From the NCBI RefSeq assembly GCF_037902255.1, contig NZ_CP147990.1, forward strand, positions 2,160,001 to 2,192,000: 32,000 bases of DNA, in the 5' to 3' direction. The notes below the pieces were generated by a model, which searched no databases, had not been told where the DNA came from, and worked only from the letters and a program-made list of their open reading frames with translations. The translations under genes were made by a program, and so were the position numbers. The stretch comes from Candidatus Electrothrix sp. GW3-4 (GTDB lineage: Bacteria > Desulfobacterota > Desulfobulbia > Desulfobulbales > Desulfobulbaceae). Numbering within the stretch: position 1 is the first letter of the stretch; each line of letters starts with the position of its first letter. This document shows, piece after piece, positions 7,322-16,323 of the stretch.

Positions 7322-8410
7322 CTATCTGCCTTCTTTTTTCTTCAATCTCTTTGCCCTCTGCCCATTTGAGGAATCTGATGACGGCAAGGCTCGTTCCTTT
7401 CGGGTCGCACGGGCCAGGGCCCGCATATTCTGGGTCCTGTCCGACTCATCAACAATCTCTCGGCCAATGATCTCCTCCAAAATATCCTCCAGACTGATCA
7501 CCCCGGTCACAGAGCCGTACTCATCCACCACCACAAAGAGATGCTGACTCTCTTCAAAAAACTCCAACATCACCTTATTGAGTGGGGCAATCTCCGGCAC
7601 AAAATGAACAGGCTGCATAATCTCTTCCAGCCTGCATTCCAGCTTCCCCTCTGCTGCGGCCTCCATGACCTCATAACTGAGCACTATACCAACCACGTCG
7701 TTGCTGTCTCTACCATAAACCGGAACCCGGCTGTGAATACGCCATTGATCGGTCAGCAAAGCAGCCTGAGCCACCGTCATTTCCCTGCTCAGGCTAAAGG
7801 TGACAGTCCTCGGGGTCATCACCTGACGCACCGTCTTATTGCGGAGATCAATTATATTGGTGATCACCTTTTCCTGGTCCCTTTCTATTTCACCGGATTG
7901 TCGGCTCATGCGGGCAATGGCGGTCACCTCTTCCGCAGAGACCTGTGAGCCGGATGATTTGGGGATAAGATAGGTCACTGCCTGACACACCAGGATGATC
8001 GGTTTCAAAACAACCACCATCAACTGGAGAGGCCGGGCAATATAGGGCGCCAAGGGACTGCTGAACTCCACCCCGATCGTTTTGGGCAGAATCTCTGACA
8101 GTAAAAGGATAACTAAGGTGAAAAAGAAAGAAAACCAGATCAGATTGTCCTCTCCGAAAACCGAGGCAGCAGCAGCCCCGGCAACAGCAGCACCCATTGT
8201 ATTGGCTATGGTGTTCAGGGTGAGGATAGCGGTAATGGGCTGATCTATATTCCTCTTCAACTTTTTGAGAATAAGCGAGGCCACCGGGCGGGTATTTCCC
8301 AACAGCTCAATACGGCTCATGGGCAAAGAATAAAGCACCGCTTCCAGCAGGCTACAGAATGCGGACGTACACACGGCAAAACTGACAGCAAGAACAAGTT
8401 CCAAAAACAT
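7322..8410 (-). CDS. CNNM (DUF21) transmembrane domain + CBS-pair protein (hemolysin-C/CorC-related family)
   Basis: The TM region contains LSEILPKTIG, followed by a CBS pair (VRQVMTPR..., ...VVDEYGSVTGVISLEDILEEIIG). The start is uncertain: ATG 8410 (MFLELV...) or ATG 8440. Confidence 0.75.
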   Translation of the reverse strand: MFLELVLAVSFAVCTSAFCSLLEAVLYSLPMSRIELLGNTRPVASLILKKLKRNIDQPITAILTLNTIANTMGAAVAGAAAASVFGEDNLIWFSFFFTLVILLLSEILPKTIGVEFSSPLAPYIARPLQLMVVVLKPIILVCQAVTYLIPKSSGSQVSAEEVTAIARMSRQSGEIERDQEKVITNIIDLRNKTVRQVMTPRTVTFSLSREMTVAQAALLTDQWRIHSRVPVYGRDSNDVVGIVLSYEVMEAAAEGKLECRLEEIMQPVHFVPEIAPLNKVMLEFFEESQHLFVVVDEYGSVTGVISLEDILEEIIGREIVDESDRTQNMRALARATRKERALPSSDSSNGQRAKRLKKKEGR

Positions 8411-8429
8411 AACGCACTCCAGACGAATC

Positions 8430-8461
8430 CGCTGATTCATACCGGCGCTGATTCATACCGG
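8430..8461. repeat. perfect tandem duplication of a 16-bp unit (CGCTGATTCATACCGG x2)
   Basis: Units at 8430-8445 and 8446-8461. The first unit contains the ATG (8440) of the longer CNNM ORF. Confidence 0.9.
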
Positions 8462-8463
8462 TA

Positions 8464-8535
8464 GGGCAGGCCCCCGGCCTACCCGAATTTTACACAGTAC
8501 GGTTCATCAGGGCGAACACAGAGGTTCGCCCCTAT
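8464..8535. repeat. two GGG...CCC REP-like hairpins
   Basis: GGGCAGGC-cccc-gGCCTACCC (8464-8484, one mismatch) and GGGCGAAC-acagag-GTTCGCCC-CTAT (8510-8535). Confidence 0.7.
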
Positions 8536-8568
8536 AGCACACTGCAAGAACGACACATCATCGATAAA

Positions 8569-10290
8569 TTACAAGACAATCTCGTGACGATAGGCCCGCT
8601 CGTACACCGCAATAACATCGGCAAGAGAAGGTTGCCGAGGATTGTTTTCCACTGGCCGGGTTACAGTCAGGGCAATCTCGGCCATTTGGGGGATCTGAGC
8701 AAAGGGGATATCCAGGTCTTTCAGGGTGGCCGGGATACCCACATCGTTATTCAAATCATACAAGGCCTCCACACAGAGAGAGGCTGCATCGCGTCGAGAT
8801 AGCCCCTCGGTATTCTGCCCCAGGACCTCGGCAAGCAGAGCAAATTTCTCGTAATTGCCCGGCAGATTATACTGCACCACATAGGGGAGGAGGACGGCAT
8901 TGGCCAATCCGTGCGGCACCCCGAACATTCCGCCCATGGGATAGGCCATGGCATGGACCAGACCAACCCCGGCCGTAGCCAGCGCCTTGCCGCCCAACAG
9001 AGATCCCATGAGCATGGCAGAACGGGCCTCAAGATTCCCCCCGTTGGCACAGGCTGCAGGCAGATTACGGGCGATGAGATCAATGGCCTCCAGGGAGTAC
9101 ATCTCCGAGATGGTATGGGCCTGGGTGGAGGTATAGGCCTCCAGGGCATGAGTCAAGGCGTCGATGCCGGTATAGGCAGTGACCTTGGCGGGCAGACTGA
9201 GGGTCAGTTCCGGGTCCAGGATGGCAGCATCCGGGTACAGGGGATCACCGTTCATTCCGCCCTTGGAACCGGTCTCCTCATTGATGAACACAGCCGTAAA
9301 GGTCACCTCAGCGCCGGTTCCGGCAGAGGTGGGCACCATAATTTTGGGCACACCCGCCTTTTTAATCAGGCCAAGCCCGAGATAATCCAGTGTTTTTCCC
9401 CCGTTGGTCAGCAAGATAGCCACGGCCTTGGCCACATCCATTGCAGAACCACCACCTGCACCGATCACACAGTCACAACCCGCCTCCTGGGCAAGGGCAC
9501 AGCCCTTATCAGCCAGTTTCAGGCCTGGTTCCGGATCAATCTCGTCATACACGATAAAGGGAATGCCCTCTCCTTCCAGGGGGGCCGTCAAACGGGCAAG
9601 CAGACCAGCCTTGACCAGACCGGGATCCACGACCAACAGGACCTTACTGCCCTTGAAATCTTTGACGGTCTTACCAAGCGTTTGAACCGTACCTGCACCA
9701 AAATGGAGACGGGTGGGCTGGGTCACGGTGAATGATTGCATAGTGTTCATAGTTCTACCTTGTCTTGTTTTGATCAAATGGACCTTGTGAGCTTGCCCAG
9801 AGGGCGTTCGGATATACTCTTTTTCGAGAAAATCTGCGAGCTGTTCTGGTTGGCTTAAGGGAAAAATCAGCGCGTCAGAGACCTCTTGATCCGTTGCTAC
9901 AGCAATAACCCCACTGACCTGCTCGGCAAGACGGCTGCCTTCCCCTCTGAAGACCTCAATCTTGGCCACCTTGTCTGCCTCTTTAAAGCCTTCGCCAATG
10001 ACCAGATCCACATCAGCAAAAAAGCGCCGGGCCAGGGCAGGGAGATTTTTCTCTGGCCGGGGCATGGTCATCACCAGCTGATCCGAGGCAACCAGCGTGA
10101 CAGCATCAGCGCCAGCCTTGCCATAGGCGTCGGTGTCTGTTCCCTCTTGATTGGGCAACAAGCCGGTCTCCTTGGTGGACTTAATCACGGCCACGGAATA
10201 GCCCCGTTTCTTCAACAAGCGAACAACCTGAGCAGCCAGGGTGGTCTTCCCGGAATCGTGCCAGCCTATAAAGGTGATGATGGAAGGCAT
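8569..10290 (-). CDS. single ORF fusing a MobB-like P-loop NTPase domain (aa 1-~160) to an iron-containing (group III) alcohol dehydrogenase domain (aa ~185-573)
   Basis: N-terminal part: IGWHDSGKTTLAAQVVRLLKKRGYSVAVIK...DLVIGEGFKEADKVAKIEV is MobB-like. C-terminal part: GGGSAMDVAKAVA, TAYTGIDALTHALEAY and HAMAYPMGGMFGVPHGLANAVLLP are Fe-ADH-like. There is no stop between the domains. An internal ATG (MNTMQSF...) could also initiate a free ADH. Confidence 0.8.
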   Translation of the reverse strand: MPSIITFIGWHDSGKTTLAAQVVRLLKKRGYSVAVIKSTKETGLLPNQEGTDTDAYGKAGADAVTLVASDQLVMTMPRPEKNLPALARRFFADVDLVIGEGFKEADKVAKIEVFRGEGSRLAEQVSGVIAVATDQEVSDALIFPLSQPEQLADFLEKEYIRTPSGQAHKVHLIKTRQGRTMNTMQSFTVTQPTRLHFGAGTVQTLGKTVKDFKGSKVLLVVDPGLVKAGLLARLTAPLEGEGIPFIVYDEIDPEPGLKLADKGCALAQEAGCDCVIGAGGGSAMDVAKAVAILLTNGGKTLDYLGLGLIKKAGVPKIMVPTSAGTGAEVTFTAVFINEETGSKGGMNGDPLYPDAAILDPELTLSLPAKVTAYTGIDALTHALEAYTSTQAHTISEMYSLEAIDLIARNLPAACANGGNLEARSAMLMGSLLGGKALATAGVGLVHAMAYPMGGMFGVPHGLANAVLLPYVVQYNLPGNYEKFALLAEVLGQNTEGLSRRDAASLCVEALYDLNNDVGIPATLKDLDIPFAQIPQMAEIALTVTRPVENNPRQPSLADVIAVYERAYRHEIVL

Positions 10291-10296
10291 GGTGAA

Positions 10297-11787
10297 CTAG
10301 GGCGAGGCCAACTGGGCGGGAAAAATCGCTTGCAGCTCGGTGATCAAGGCCTTTCTGATATCCCCCTGATCGGCAATAATCGGTACCTCAGGGGTGTTCA
10401 CCAGGAATTTCAGGTTATCGTCACCAACCTTCACCAGGTAATCCAGTACCGCCACCGTATATTCGGCACCGGGGTCAAGCTCTTTTCCGTCAATCCGCCA
10501 CGGCTTCCCTTGACCACCGCTCACCCTCCCTGTCTGCAGAAAGCCCCCCTCCCCTTTATTTGCCAGCCCTTGGGTTAAAGCCCGTTCAAGCAGGACACCC
10601 TTCATGGTCACGGTGACAATATTACCACCAAAGGGCAGGATCCTGATAATATCGTATTCCGTAATCTGACCGGGAGGTAAAATATCATCAACACGAATTG
10701 AACCGCTGTTATAAAGAGCGAGTTGGGCCTCGCTCGCCGCCGTCAGCATGGAACGAGCAATCAGCTCGGTGAGCGTGGTAGGAAAGTTGCGCACACTGGC
10801 CTCAAGCCCGTCCAGCGCCACATCGGTGGTGGCCACGATCCGTTCAGGGTGCAGGCCCTTCTTCCTGAAGCCAGCATAACCGATCTTCCGCCATTTTTTA
10901 ACCACCTCAGCAGTCTTAGGCTGCTCAGGCAGGGCATCGGTAATCCGGTACAGTTTCGAAGTAATGGCCAGCTTTTGCACAGCAGTTGTATTATAGGAAA
11001 GGTTATGAACATACACCGTACGCGCGTTGGCATCTGCCTTAAAGATCGGGGTAAAATCCTTCCCCCGCCAGAGCTGCATATTTTCATGTTCATGACCACC
11101 AAGAATGAGATCAATCTCTGGCAATCTGCTTGCCAGCCGAATATCATCATCCTTGGTTAAATGGGTCAGGGCAATAAGGATATCGACCTTGGGGCGGAGT
11201 TCTTCGACCTTTTGCTCCGCCGCTACCAAGGGATCTTTATAGATGAGGTAATCAGTCTGTTTTTTGGACAATGTCACCCCGAAGATACCGACTTTTACTC
11301 CTTTGATATCAATAATTTTATCCTCGACCACCCCAGGAAACAGGGTACCATTTTCTCTAAAACAATTACTGGAAATCCAGGTAAACTGAGACTCTTTGAG
11401 TCGGTTGTAAAAAGACTCTTCAGGGAGATCAAACTCATGATTGCCAAAGGTGATATAGTCGAGTCCCAGGGCATTCATGGTCTCAATCATCTGTTGGCCG
11501 TGCAGACGTCCGTCCTTATAGGGTGCTATCCCCAAGGCTGAGGGACAGAGAAGGTCACCGGCAAGGACCGTGAGCGTGTCTGGGTCACGTCGAAGGAGCG
11601 TATCGCGAAGGCTGGCGACCCGGGCAAGTCCTCCTTCTTTACCACCATTAACAGGATCAATTTCATAGATATCATTCATCTGCAGGATGGTAAGAGTGAC
11701 TCCATTGCTCTGTTCAATAGGAGGTAAGGCTGAACAGCAGCATAACAGCAGAGGAACAAACAGACAAAAGAGCTTTTTGAGAAACAC
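10297..11787 (-). CDS. bifunctional metallophosphatase / 5'-nucleotidase (UshA-like), probable lipoprotein
   Basis: LQMNDIYE, GNHEFD and GGHEHE metallophosphatase motifs plus a 5'-nucleotidase C-domain. The preferred start is GTG 11787 (AGGA 8 nt upstream), giving signal sequence FLKKLFCLFVPLLLCCCSA. The track ORF extends to 11856. Confidence 0.8.
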   Translation of the reverse strand: MFLKKLFCLFVPLLLCCCSALPPIEQSNGVTLTILQMNDIYEIDPVNGGKEGGLARVASLRDTLLRRDPDTLTVLAGDLLCPSALGIAPYKDGRLHGQQMIETMNALGLDYITFGNHEFDLPEESFYNRLKESQFTWISSNCFRENGTLFPGVVEDKIIDIKGVKVGIFGVTLSKKQTDYLIYKDPLVAAEQKVEELRPKVDILIALTHLTKDDDIRLASRLPEIDLILGGHEHENMQLWRGKDFTPIFKADANARTVYVHNLSYNTTAVQKLAITSKLYRITDALPEQPKTAEVVKKWRKIGYAGFRKKGLHPERIVATTDVALDGLEASVRNFPTTLTELIARSMLTAASEAQLALYNSGSIRVDDILPPGQITEYDIIRILPFGGNIVTVTMKGVLLERALTQGLANKGEGGFLQTGRVSGGQGKPWRIDGKELDPGAEYTVAVLDYLVKVGDDNLKFLVNTPEVPIIADQGDIRKALITELQAIFPAQLASP

Positions 11788-11979
11788 CGTTCGGATCCTT
11801 ATTTTCGAAAAAGTAAAAGAGGCAGAAAAAGGTGCTCTGCCGTGCTGACGCATCATAGCAGGGACAGGACAATATGGAAACTGAAAAACTGCCTTACGCC
11901 CTGCTTGTTGCGTGGGAAAACAATTACTGGTATATTCCTCTGATTAATTCATTCATCTTCAATTCCATCAGTAAAGACT

Positions 11980-12948
11980 ATGCAACGTATACTCTCCGGC
12001 ATTCAACCTTCTGGACAGCTCCATATCGGCAACTACTTCGGCATGATGAAGACCATGATCGCCAATACGGACTCCTCAGACCTCTTCGTTTTTATTGTAA
12101 ATCTCCATGCCCTCACCTCGGTCCATGACCGTAAAAAGCTCTCTACCGGCACCCTGGAAGCGGCAGCTGATTTTCTTGCTTTAGGGCTTGATCCAGAAAA
12201 ATGCACTTTCTGGGTCCAGTCCGACGTGCCGGAGGTCTGTGAACTTTCCTGGTTCTTGTCCAATATGACACCAATGGGCCTGCTGGAGCGCTGCCATTCC
12301 TATAAGGACAAGGTGGCCAAGGGTATTGCGGCCAATCATGGCCTTTTTGCCTACCCGGTGCTCATGGCCGCAGATATCCTGCTCTATCAGGCCGAGGTCG
12401 TACCGGTGGGCAAGGACCAGAAGCAGCACCTGGAGGTGGCCCGGGATATTGCCATCAAATTCAATAATACCTTTGGCGAAACCTTTGTGGTCCCAGAACC
12501 GGCAATCGATGAGAATACGGCTATTATACCGGGACTGGACGGACAAAAGATGTCCAAATCCTATGACAACACCATCCCCATCTTTCTGGATGACAAACCG
12601 CTGCGGAAACGAGTTATGGCTGTTCAGACGGATTCAACCCCGGTGGAAGAGCCCAAGGATCCTGAAAAATGCACTCTCTATGCCTTGCTCAAACTCTTTG
12701 CCTCTAAAGAAAAGATGGCAGAGGTGCATGACCTCTATGTCAACGGAGGAGCAGCCTATGGCTATCTGAAACAGGATCTCTTTGAACTTATTCGAGATCA
12801 TTTTGCCGATGCCCGTGCGAAAAAGAAAGATCTCTTGCAAAATCAGGATTATTTACGGGAGGTTTTACAGAAAGGGGCAGACAAGGCCCGAGCAAAAGCA
12901 GCTGAGACCTTGGATCTGGTGCGGGAAAGGGTTGGCTTACGGTACTAA
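11980..12948 (+). CDS. trpS: tryptophan--tRNA ligase
   Basis: 322 aa. SGIQPSGQLHIGNYFG (HIGH-type) and KMSKS motifs. Confidence 0.95.
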   Translation: MQRILSGIQPSGQLHIGNYFGMMKTMIANTDSSDLFVFIVNLHALTSVHDRKKLSTGTLEAAADFLALGLDPEKCTFWVQSDVPEVCELSWFLSNMTPMGLLERCHSYKDKVAKGIAANHGLFAYPVLMAADILLYQAEVVPVGKDQKQHLEVARDIAIKFNNTFGETFVVPEPAIDENTAIIPGLDGQKMSKSYDNTIPIFLDDKPLRKRVMAVQTDSTPVEEPKDPEKCTLYALLKLFASKEKMAEVHDLYVNGGAAYGYLKQDLFELIRDHFADARAKKKDLLQNQDYLREVLQKGADKARAKAAETLDLVRERVGLRY

Positions 12949-12980
12949 AGGTATGAAGGGCAAATTTTGCTCCTTGCAGA

Positions 12981-13018
12981 AAAAAAGCAAGGGCGATCAT
13001 CACCAGTGAAGATCGCCC
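12981..13018 (-). terminator. rho-independent terminator after the distal tatA
   Basis: The minus strand reads GGGCGATC-ttcactggtgat-GATCGCCC followed by TTGCTTTTTTT. Confidence 0.65.
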
Positions 13019-13050
13019 TAAAGTGCTAAGGTGCTCATGAGCAGAGCAGG

Positions 13051-13308
13051 CTATTTGGTCATTACCCTACTGATATCTTTTGCCTTATCAATTTTCTCCT
13101 GCACAGCTGCGACCTCCCGGACACCAGGCAGCTTCTTGGTCATCTCGCTGACATCAAGGCCGCTATCCTCGACCTCACCAAGGCCTTTCTTAAAAGAACT
13201 GATGGCCTTGCCAAGGCCTGAGCCAATCTCGGGTAATTTTTTCCCACCAAAGAGCAGGAAAGCGATAGCCAGGATAACAACAAGTTCAGGGGTTCCGAGT
13301 CCAAACAT
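13051..13308 (-). CDS. tatA: twin-arginine translocase subunit TatA/E (85 aa)
   Basis: [42 protein letters not shown]. Confidence 0.9.
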   Translation of the reverse strand: MFGLGTPELVVILAIAFLLFGGKKLPEIGSGLGKAISSFKKGLGEVEDSGLDVSEMTKKLPGVREVAAVQEKIDKAKDISRVMTK

Positions 13309-13345
13309 AAGGGGAGTCCTCTCTATGCATCAAAAAATAAGCTTG

Positions 13346-13531
13346 TCAGCTTTCCTTGTTGCTGTTTTTCTCTTCTATGGGTTTCGGGTCATCATCGTTC
13401 TTGGTGGCATCTTTAAAATTTTTGATCCCTTTGCCGATACCGGAGCCAATTTCAGGCAGCTTTCCTGCACCAAAGATAATAACAATAATAACCAGAATGA
13501 TAATCAGTTCAGGCATTCCGAGTCCGAACAT
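13346..13531 (-). CDS. tatA: twin-arginine translocase subunit TatA/E (61 aa), tandem paralogue
   Basis: [42 protein letters not shown]. Confidence 0.9.
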   Translation of the reverse strand: MFGLGMPELIIILVIIVIIFGAGKLPEIGSGIGKGIKNFKDATKNDDDPKPIEEKNSNKES

Positions 13532-13729
13532 ACGCGCTCACCTCTTTACAGTTTGTTCCGTAAGTAGTAAAAATGATCCGTACTACATACACGCAGCAGG
13601 ACGGTATGTCAGTGTAGCACCAAGAAGTCTTTCCTGTCAATAAACAAGAGCCTGTCACGATACTTTTCAAGCAACATCAGCGATATTTTTCCATTTCATC
13701 GCCACCTGAACGGTTTTCCCGAATTTCCA

Positions 13730-15052
13730 ATGAAGCATACTATCACTATAGAGAAAGTTATACCCGGTGGAAAAGGCCTGGCCCGGACAGCAGATGGGCA
13801 GGTTATCATGACCCCTTTCACCTTATCAAATGAAAAAATCCTGATCAGAGAGCATAAAAAAAAGTCCGGCTACCTTGAAGGAAGTATTGATAGAGTCCTC
13901 TTGCCCTCCCCTGCGCGAATCGAACCACCGTGCCCCTTGTACGGGAAATGCGGTGGCTGTAATTTGCAACACGGAAGCTATACAGAACAGCTTAAAATCA
14001 AGAAGGAAATTGTGGCTGAGTCGTTGCAGCGCGCCAAAGTGCCCATTGAAGAGGTGGAGGAGGCCGTTGCCTCTCCGGCCCAATGGGGGTACCGGTATCG
14101 CCTGCGCCTCAAGATCAGCCCTGCTGGCCAGCTCGGCTTTTTCAAAAAAAGGAGCAATACCTTTATCCCGGTCACCAACTGCCCCGTGGCTACAGAGGGT
14201 ATTTGCTCTGCCGTAGTCGAGCTCAACAGGTCCGGGGTTCTTCGGCCCTTAGCTAAGGTATGCCCAGAACTTGAGGTGCTGGAGTCGCCTGCTGACGGAA
14301 AAATCACTCTTGTTCTCCGAGGAAACAAAGAGAATCCCCTGCCAACCTCCGCACTTCAGGAGGTCGGCCAACTCCCTCATATTAATCAGGTAGGGTGGCT
14401 TACCCGGAACGGATTCCAATCTCTCTTCCCACAAGCCCCCCCACTCACGCAGCACATTCAATGTAACGCCCACCTCTCCCCCTCCGGGGAGGGGCAACAA
14501 AGCATGAAAGAAGACTGCATCTTATCTTGGTCTGGCGGCTGTTTTTCCCAGGTCAATCCTGGTCAGAATGAACAACTCATCAGGCTGATCTGCGAGGCAG
14601 CTGGAGACCTCCACGGCAAAACTATCCTTGATCTTTACTGTGGTATGGGCAACTTCTCTGTTCCTCTTGGACGCTGCGGCGGGACCGTTACGGGCATTGA
14701 GGGAAACCAGGAGAGTATCCATTGGGCCGAGAAGAACGCCCGACAGGCCGAGATTAAGGCCCGTTTTTTTGTCGCCGATGTACGCAGCGCGCTGGAGCAA
14801 CTTGTCGAACAAGGGGAGCAAGCAGACCTTATCCTCCTTGATCCGCCACGAAGCGGGGTGGGAAAAAATATCACTTTGCTTCCGCAGTTAGAGCCGGAAA
14901 AAATCATCTATGTCTCCTGCGACCCTGCAACCCTTGCCCGAGACCTCAACCTCCTCTGCCCCGCAGGTTACCAGATCAGCCGGGTCATTCCTGTGGATAT
15001 GTTTCCCCAGACCAGCCATATTGAGACTGTTGTCCTCTTAGAACGCTTATAA
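13730..15052 (+). CDS. RumA/RlmD-family 23S rRNA (uracil-5)-methyltransferase (TRAM domain + 4-Cys cluster + class I SAM MTase)
   Basis: Cys cluster CPLYGKCGGCNLQH...C, SAM motif LDLYCGMGNFSVPL, and DPPRSG...YVSCDPATLARD typical of the family. Confidence 0.8.
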   Translation: MKHTITIEKVIPGGKGLARTADGQVIMTPFTLSNEKILIREHKKKSGYLEGSIDRVLLPSPARIEPPCPLYGKCGGCNLQHGSYTEQLKIKKEIVAESLQRAKVPIEEVEEAVASPAQWGYRYRLRLKISPAGQLGFFKKRSNTFIPVTNCPVATEGICSAVVELNRSGVLRPLAKVCPELEVLESPADGKITLVLRGNKENPLPTSALQEVGQLPHINQVGWLTRNGFQSLFPQAPPLTQHIQCNAHLSPSGEGQQSMKEDCILSWSGGCFSQVNPGQNEQLIRLICEAAGDLHGKTILDLYCGMGNFSVPLGRCGGTVTGIEGNQESIHWAEKNARQAEIKARFFVADVRSALEQLVEQGEQADLILLDPPRSGVGKNITLLPQLEPEKIIYVSCDPATLARDLNLLCPAGYQISRVIPVDMFPQTSHIETVVLLERL

Positions 15053-15081
15053 AAAACAAAAAGAGGACTGCACTGCTGGGC

Positions 15082-15834
15082 CTAACTAACTTGAGAGGAT
15101 CCCTTGTCTTTCTGCCGACTTATAAAAATTCGCCCGGCAATAATCCCGGCTTCATAAAGGGCAAACAAGGGAAAGGCAAGCAGGACTGTCGCGGTAATTT
15201 CCCCGGCCGTGAGAAGGAAAGCAAGAACAACGATAGCGATATAGAAATACTTACGTTTCTCCTTAAAATGATCCTGACTGACGAGCCCTACAACCGTGGT
15301 CATAACCATAAGGAAAGGAATTTCAAAAGAGAGGGCAAAGGCAAGGACCATGCGAGCGACAAAGGTCAGGTAAAGGCCTAGCTTGGGCATCGGCACCAAA
15401 TTCTCGCCTGCATAGCTCATAAAAAAGGATAAGGTCTTCGGCAAAACAATAAAAAAGCCAAACAGGGCCCCTCCAGTAAACAGGCCTGTCGACCAGAAAA
15501 TAACCCGGCGGGCCATAACACGCTCTTTTTGCAGCAGGCCTGGAGCAATAAACATCCAGCTTTGATACAGGAGATAAGGGAAGCTGACGATAATCCCAGA
15601 GAGCAGGGCGAGCTTAATATAGGAGATAAAGGCATCGGTCAGTTTGGTGTAGACCAGTTTATCTAAAGTCGGAGCGGCCAAAAACAGGGGCTGGGTACAG
15701 AATGCGGCGAGATGATCAATAAAGAGATAGGCAAGTGCGGTACTGAGGGCAATGGCTGCGAATGATTTCAGTAACCTCTCACGCAGCTCCTGATGGTGAG
15801 GCCGAAACCGCTCTAACAATGAGGCGGTGCTCAT
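15082..15834 (-). CDS. tatC: twin-arginine translocase subunit TatC
   Basis: 250 aa with 6 TM helices. The TatC-like N-terminus (...HHQELRERLLKS...) overlaps the tatB stop by 4 nt. Confidence 0.9.
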   Translation of the reverse strand: MSTASLLERFRPHHQELRERLLKSFAAIALSTALAYLFIDHLAAFCTQPLFLAAPTLDKLVYTKLTDAFISYIKLALLSGIIVSFPYLLYQSWMFIAPGLLQKERVMARRVIFWSTGLFTGGALFGFFIVLPKTLSFFMSYAGENLVPMPKLGLYLTFVARMVLAFALSFEIPFLMVMTTVVGLVSQDHFKEKRKYFYIAIVVLAFLLTAGEITATVLLAFPLFALYEAGIIAGRIFISRQKDKGSSQVS

Positions 15835-16322
15835 GTGAGAGAAGAAGGCCGCGGTGTAGAGGCGCCCTCATCGCCGTCGACCTCCTCAGGATGTTCCGCC
15901 TTATTATCAACACCATTTTCAGCGACCTCAGGCTGATCAGAAGCACTCTCTTGCTGGAGGAGAGACTCCGGCTCCTCTTCCCACGAACGCGGGGGCAGCG
16001 ATTCTACGTCTATACCTTCATCCTCTCCTGCGTTGCCTGAGGCAACGGCATCCCCTTCCTGCTTCCACTGATGGGGATTTTTTGTTGCATCTTCCAGCAG
16101 GTGCGTTTTCACTTGCCCAGCTGTCTGCTGAAGGTCCCGTTGCACAGAGCTGACGACCTTTGTCTCTTCGTTCAGGCTCTCTTTCACCTGATTCATAGTG
16201 TTCTTCAGCTCATTTACACCCTTTGCCAGCGAACGAGCCAGCTCAGGGAGCTTATCCGGTCCGACCACAATCAATGCCACAGCCAGGATCACAATCATTT
16301 CCGGCAAACCTATTCCAAACAT
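15831..16322 (-). CDS. tatB: twin-arginine translocase subunit TatB (long acidic tail)
   Basis: MFGIGLPEMIVILAVALIVVGPDKLPELARSLAKGVNELK, then an amphipathic helix and an E/D-rich C-terminus. Confidence 0.8.
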   Translation of the reverse strand: MFGIGLPEMIVILAVALIVVGPDKLPELARSLAKGVNELKNTMNQVKESLNEETKVVSSVQRDLQQTAGQVKTHLLEDATKNPHQWKQEGDAVASGNAGEDEGIDVESLPPRSWEEEPESLLQQESASDQPEVAENGVDNKAEHPEEVDGDEGASTPRPSSLT

Positions 16323-16323
16323 A

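Noticed and set aside
8911-10578. 274-aa and 230-aa + strand ORFs (8911..9735, 9886..10578)
   Set aside because: They are antisense to the MobB::ADH and 5'-nucleotidase genes, with no motifs and G/R/H/Q-rich shadow-frame composition.
13031-13643. 178-aa and 95-aa + strand ORFs
   Set aside because: They are antisense to the two tatA genes, whose identity is unambiguous.
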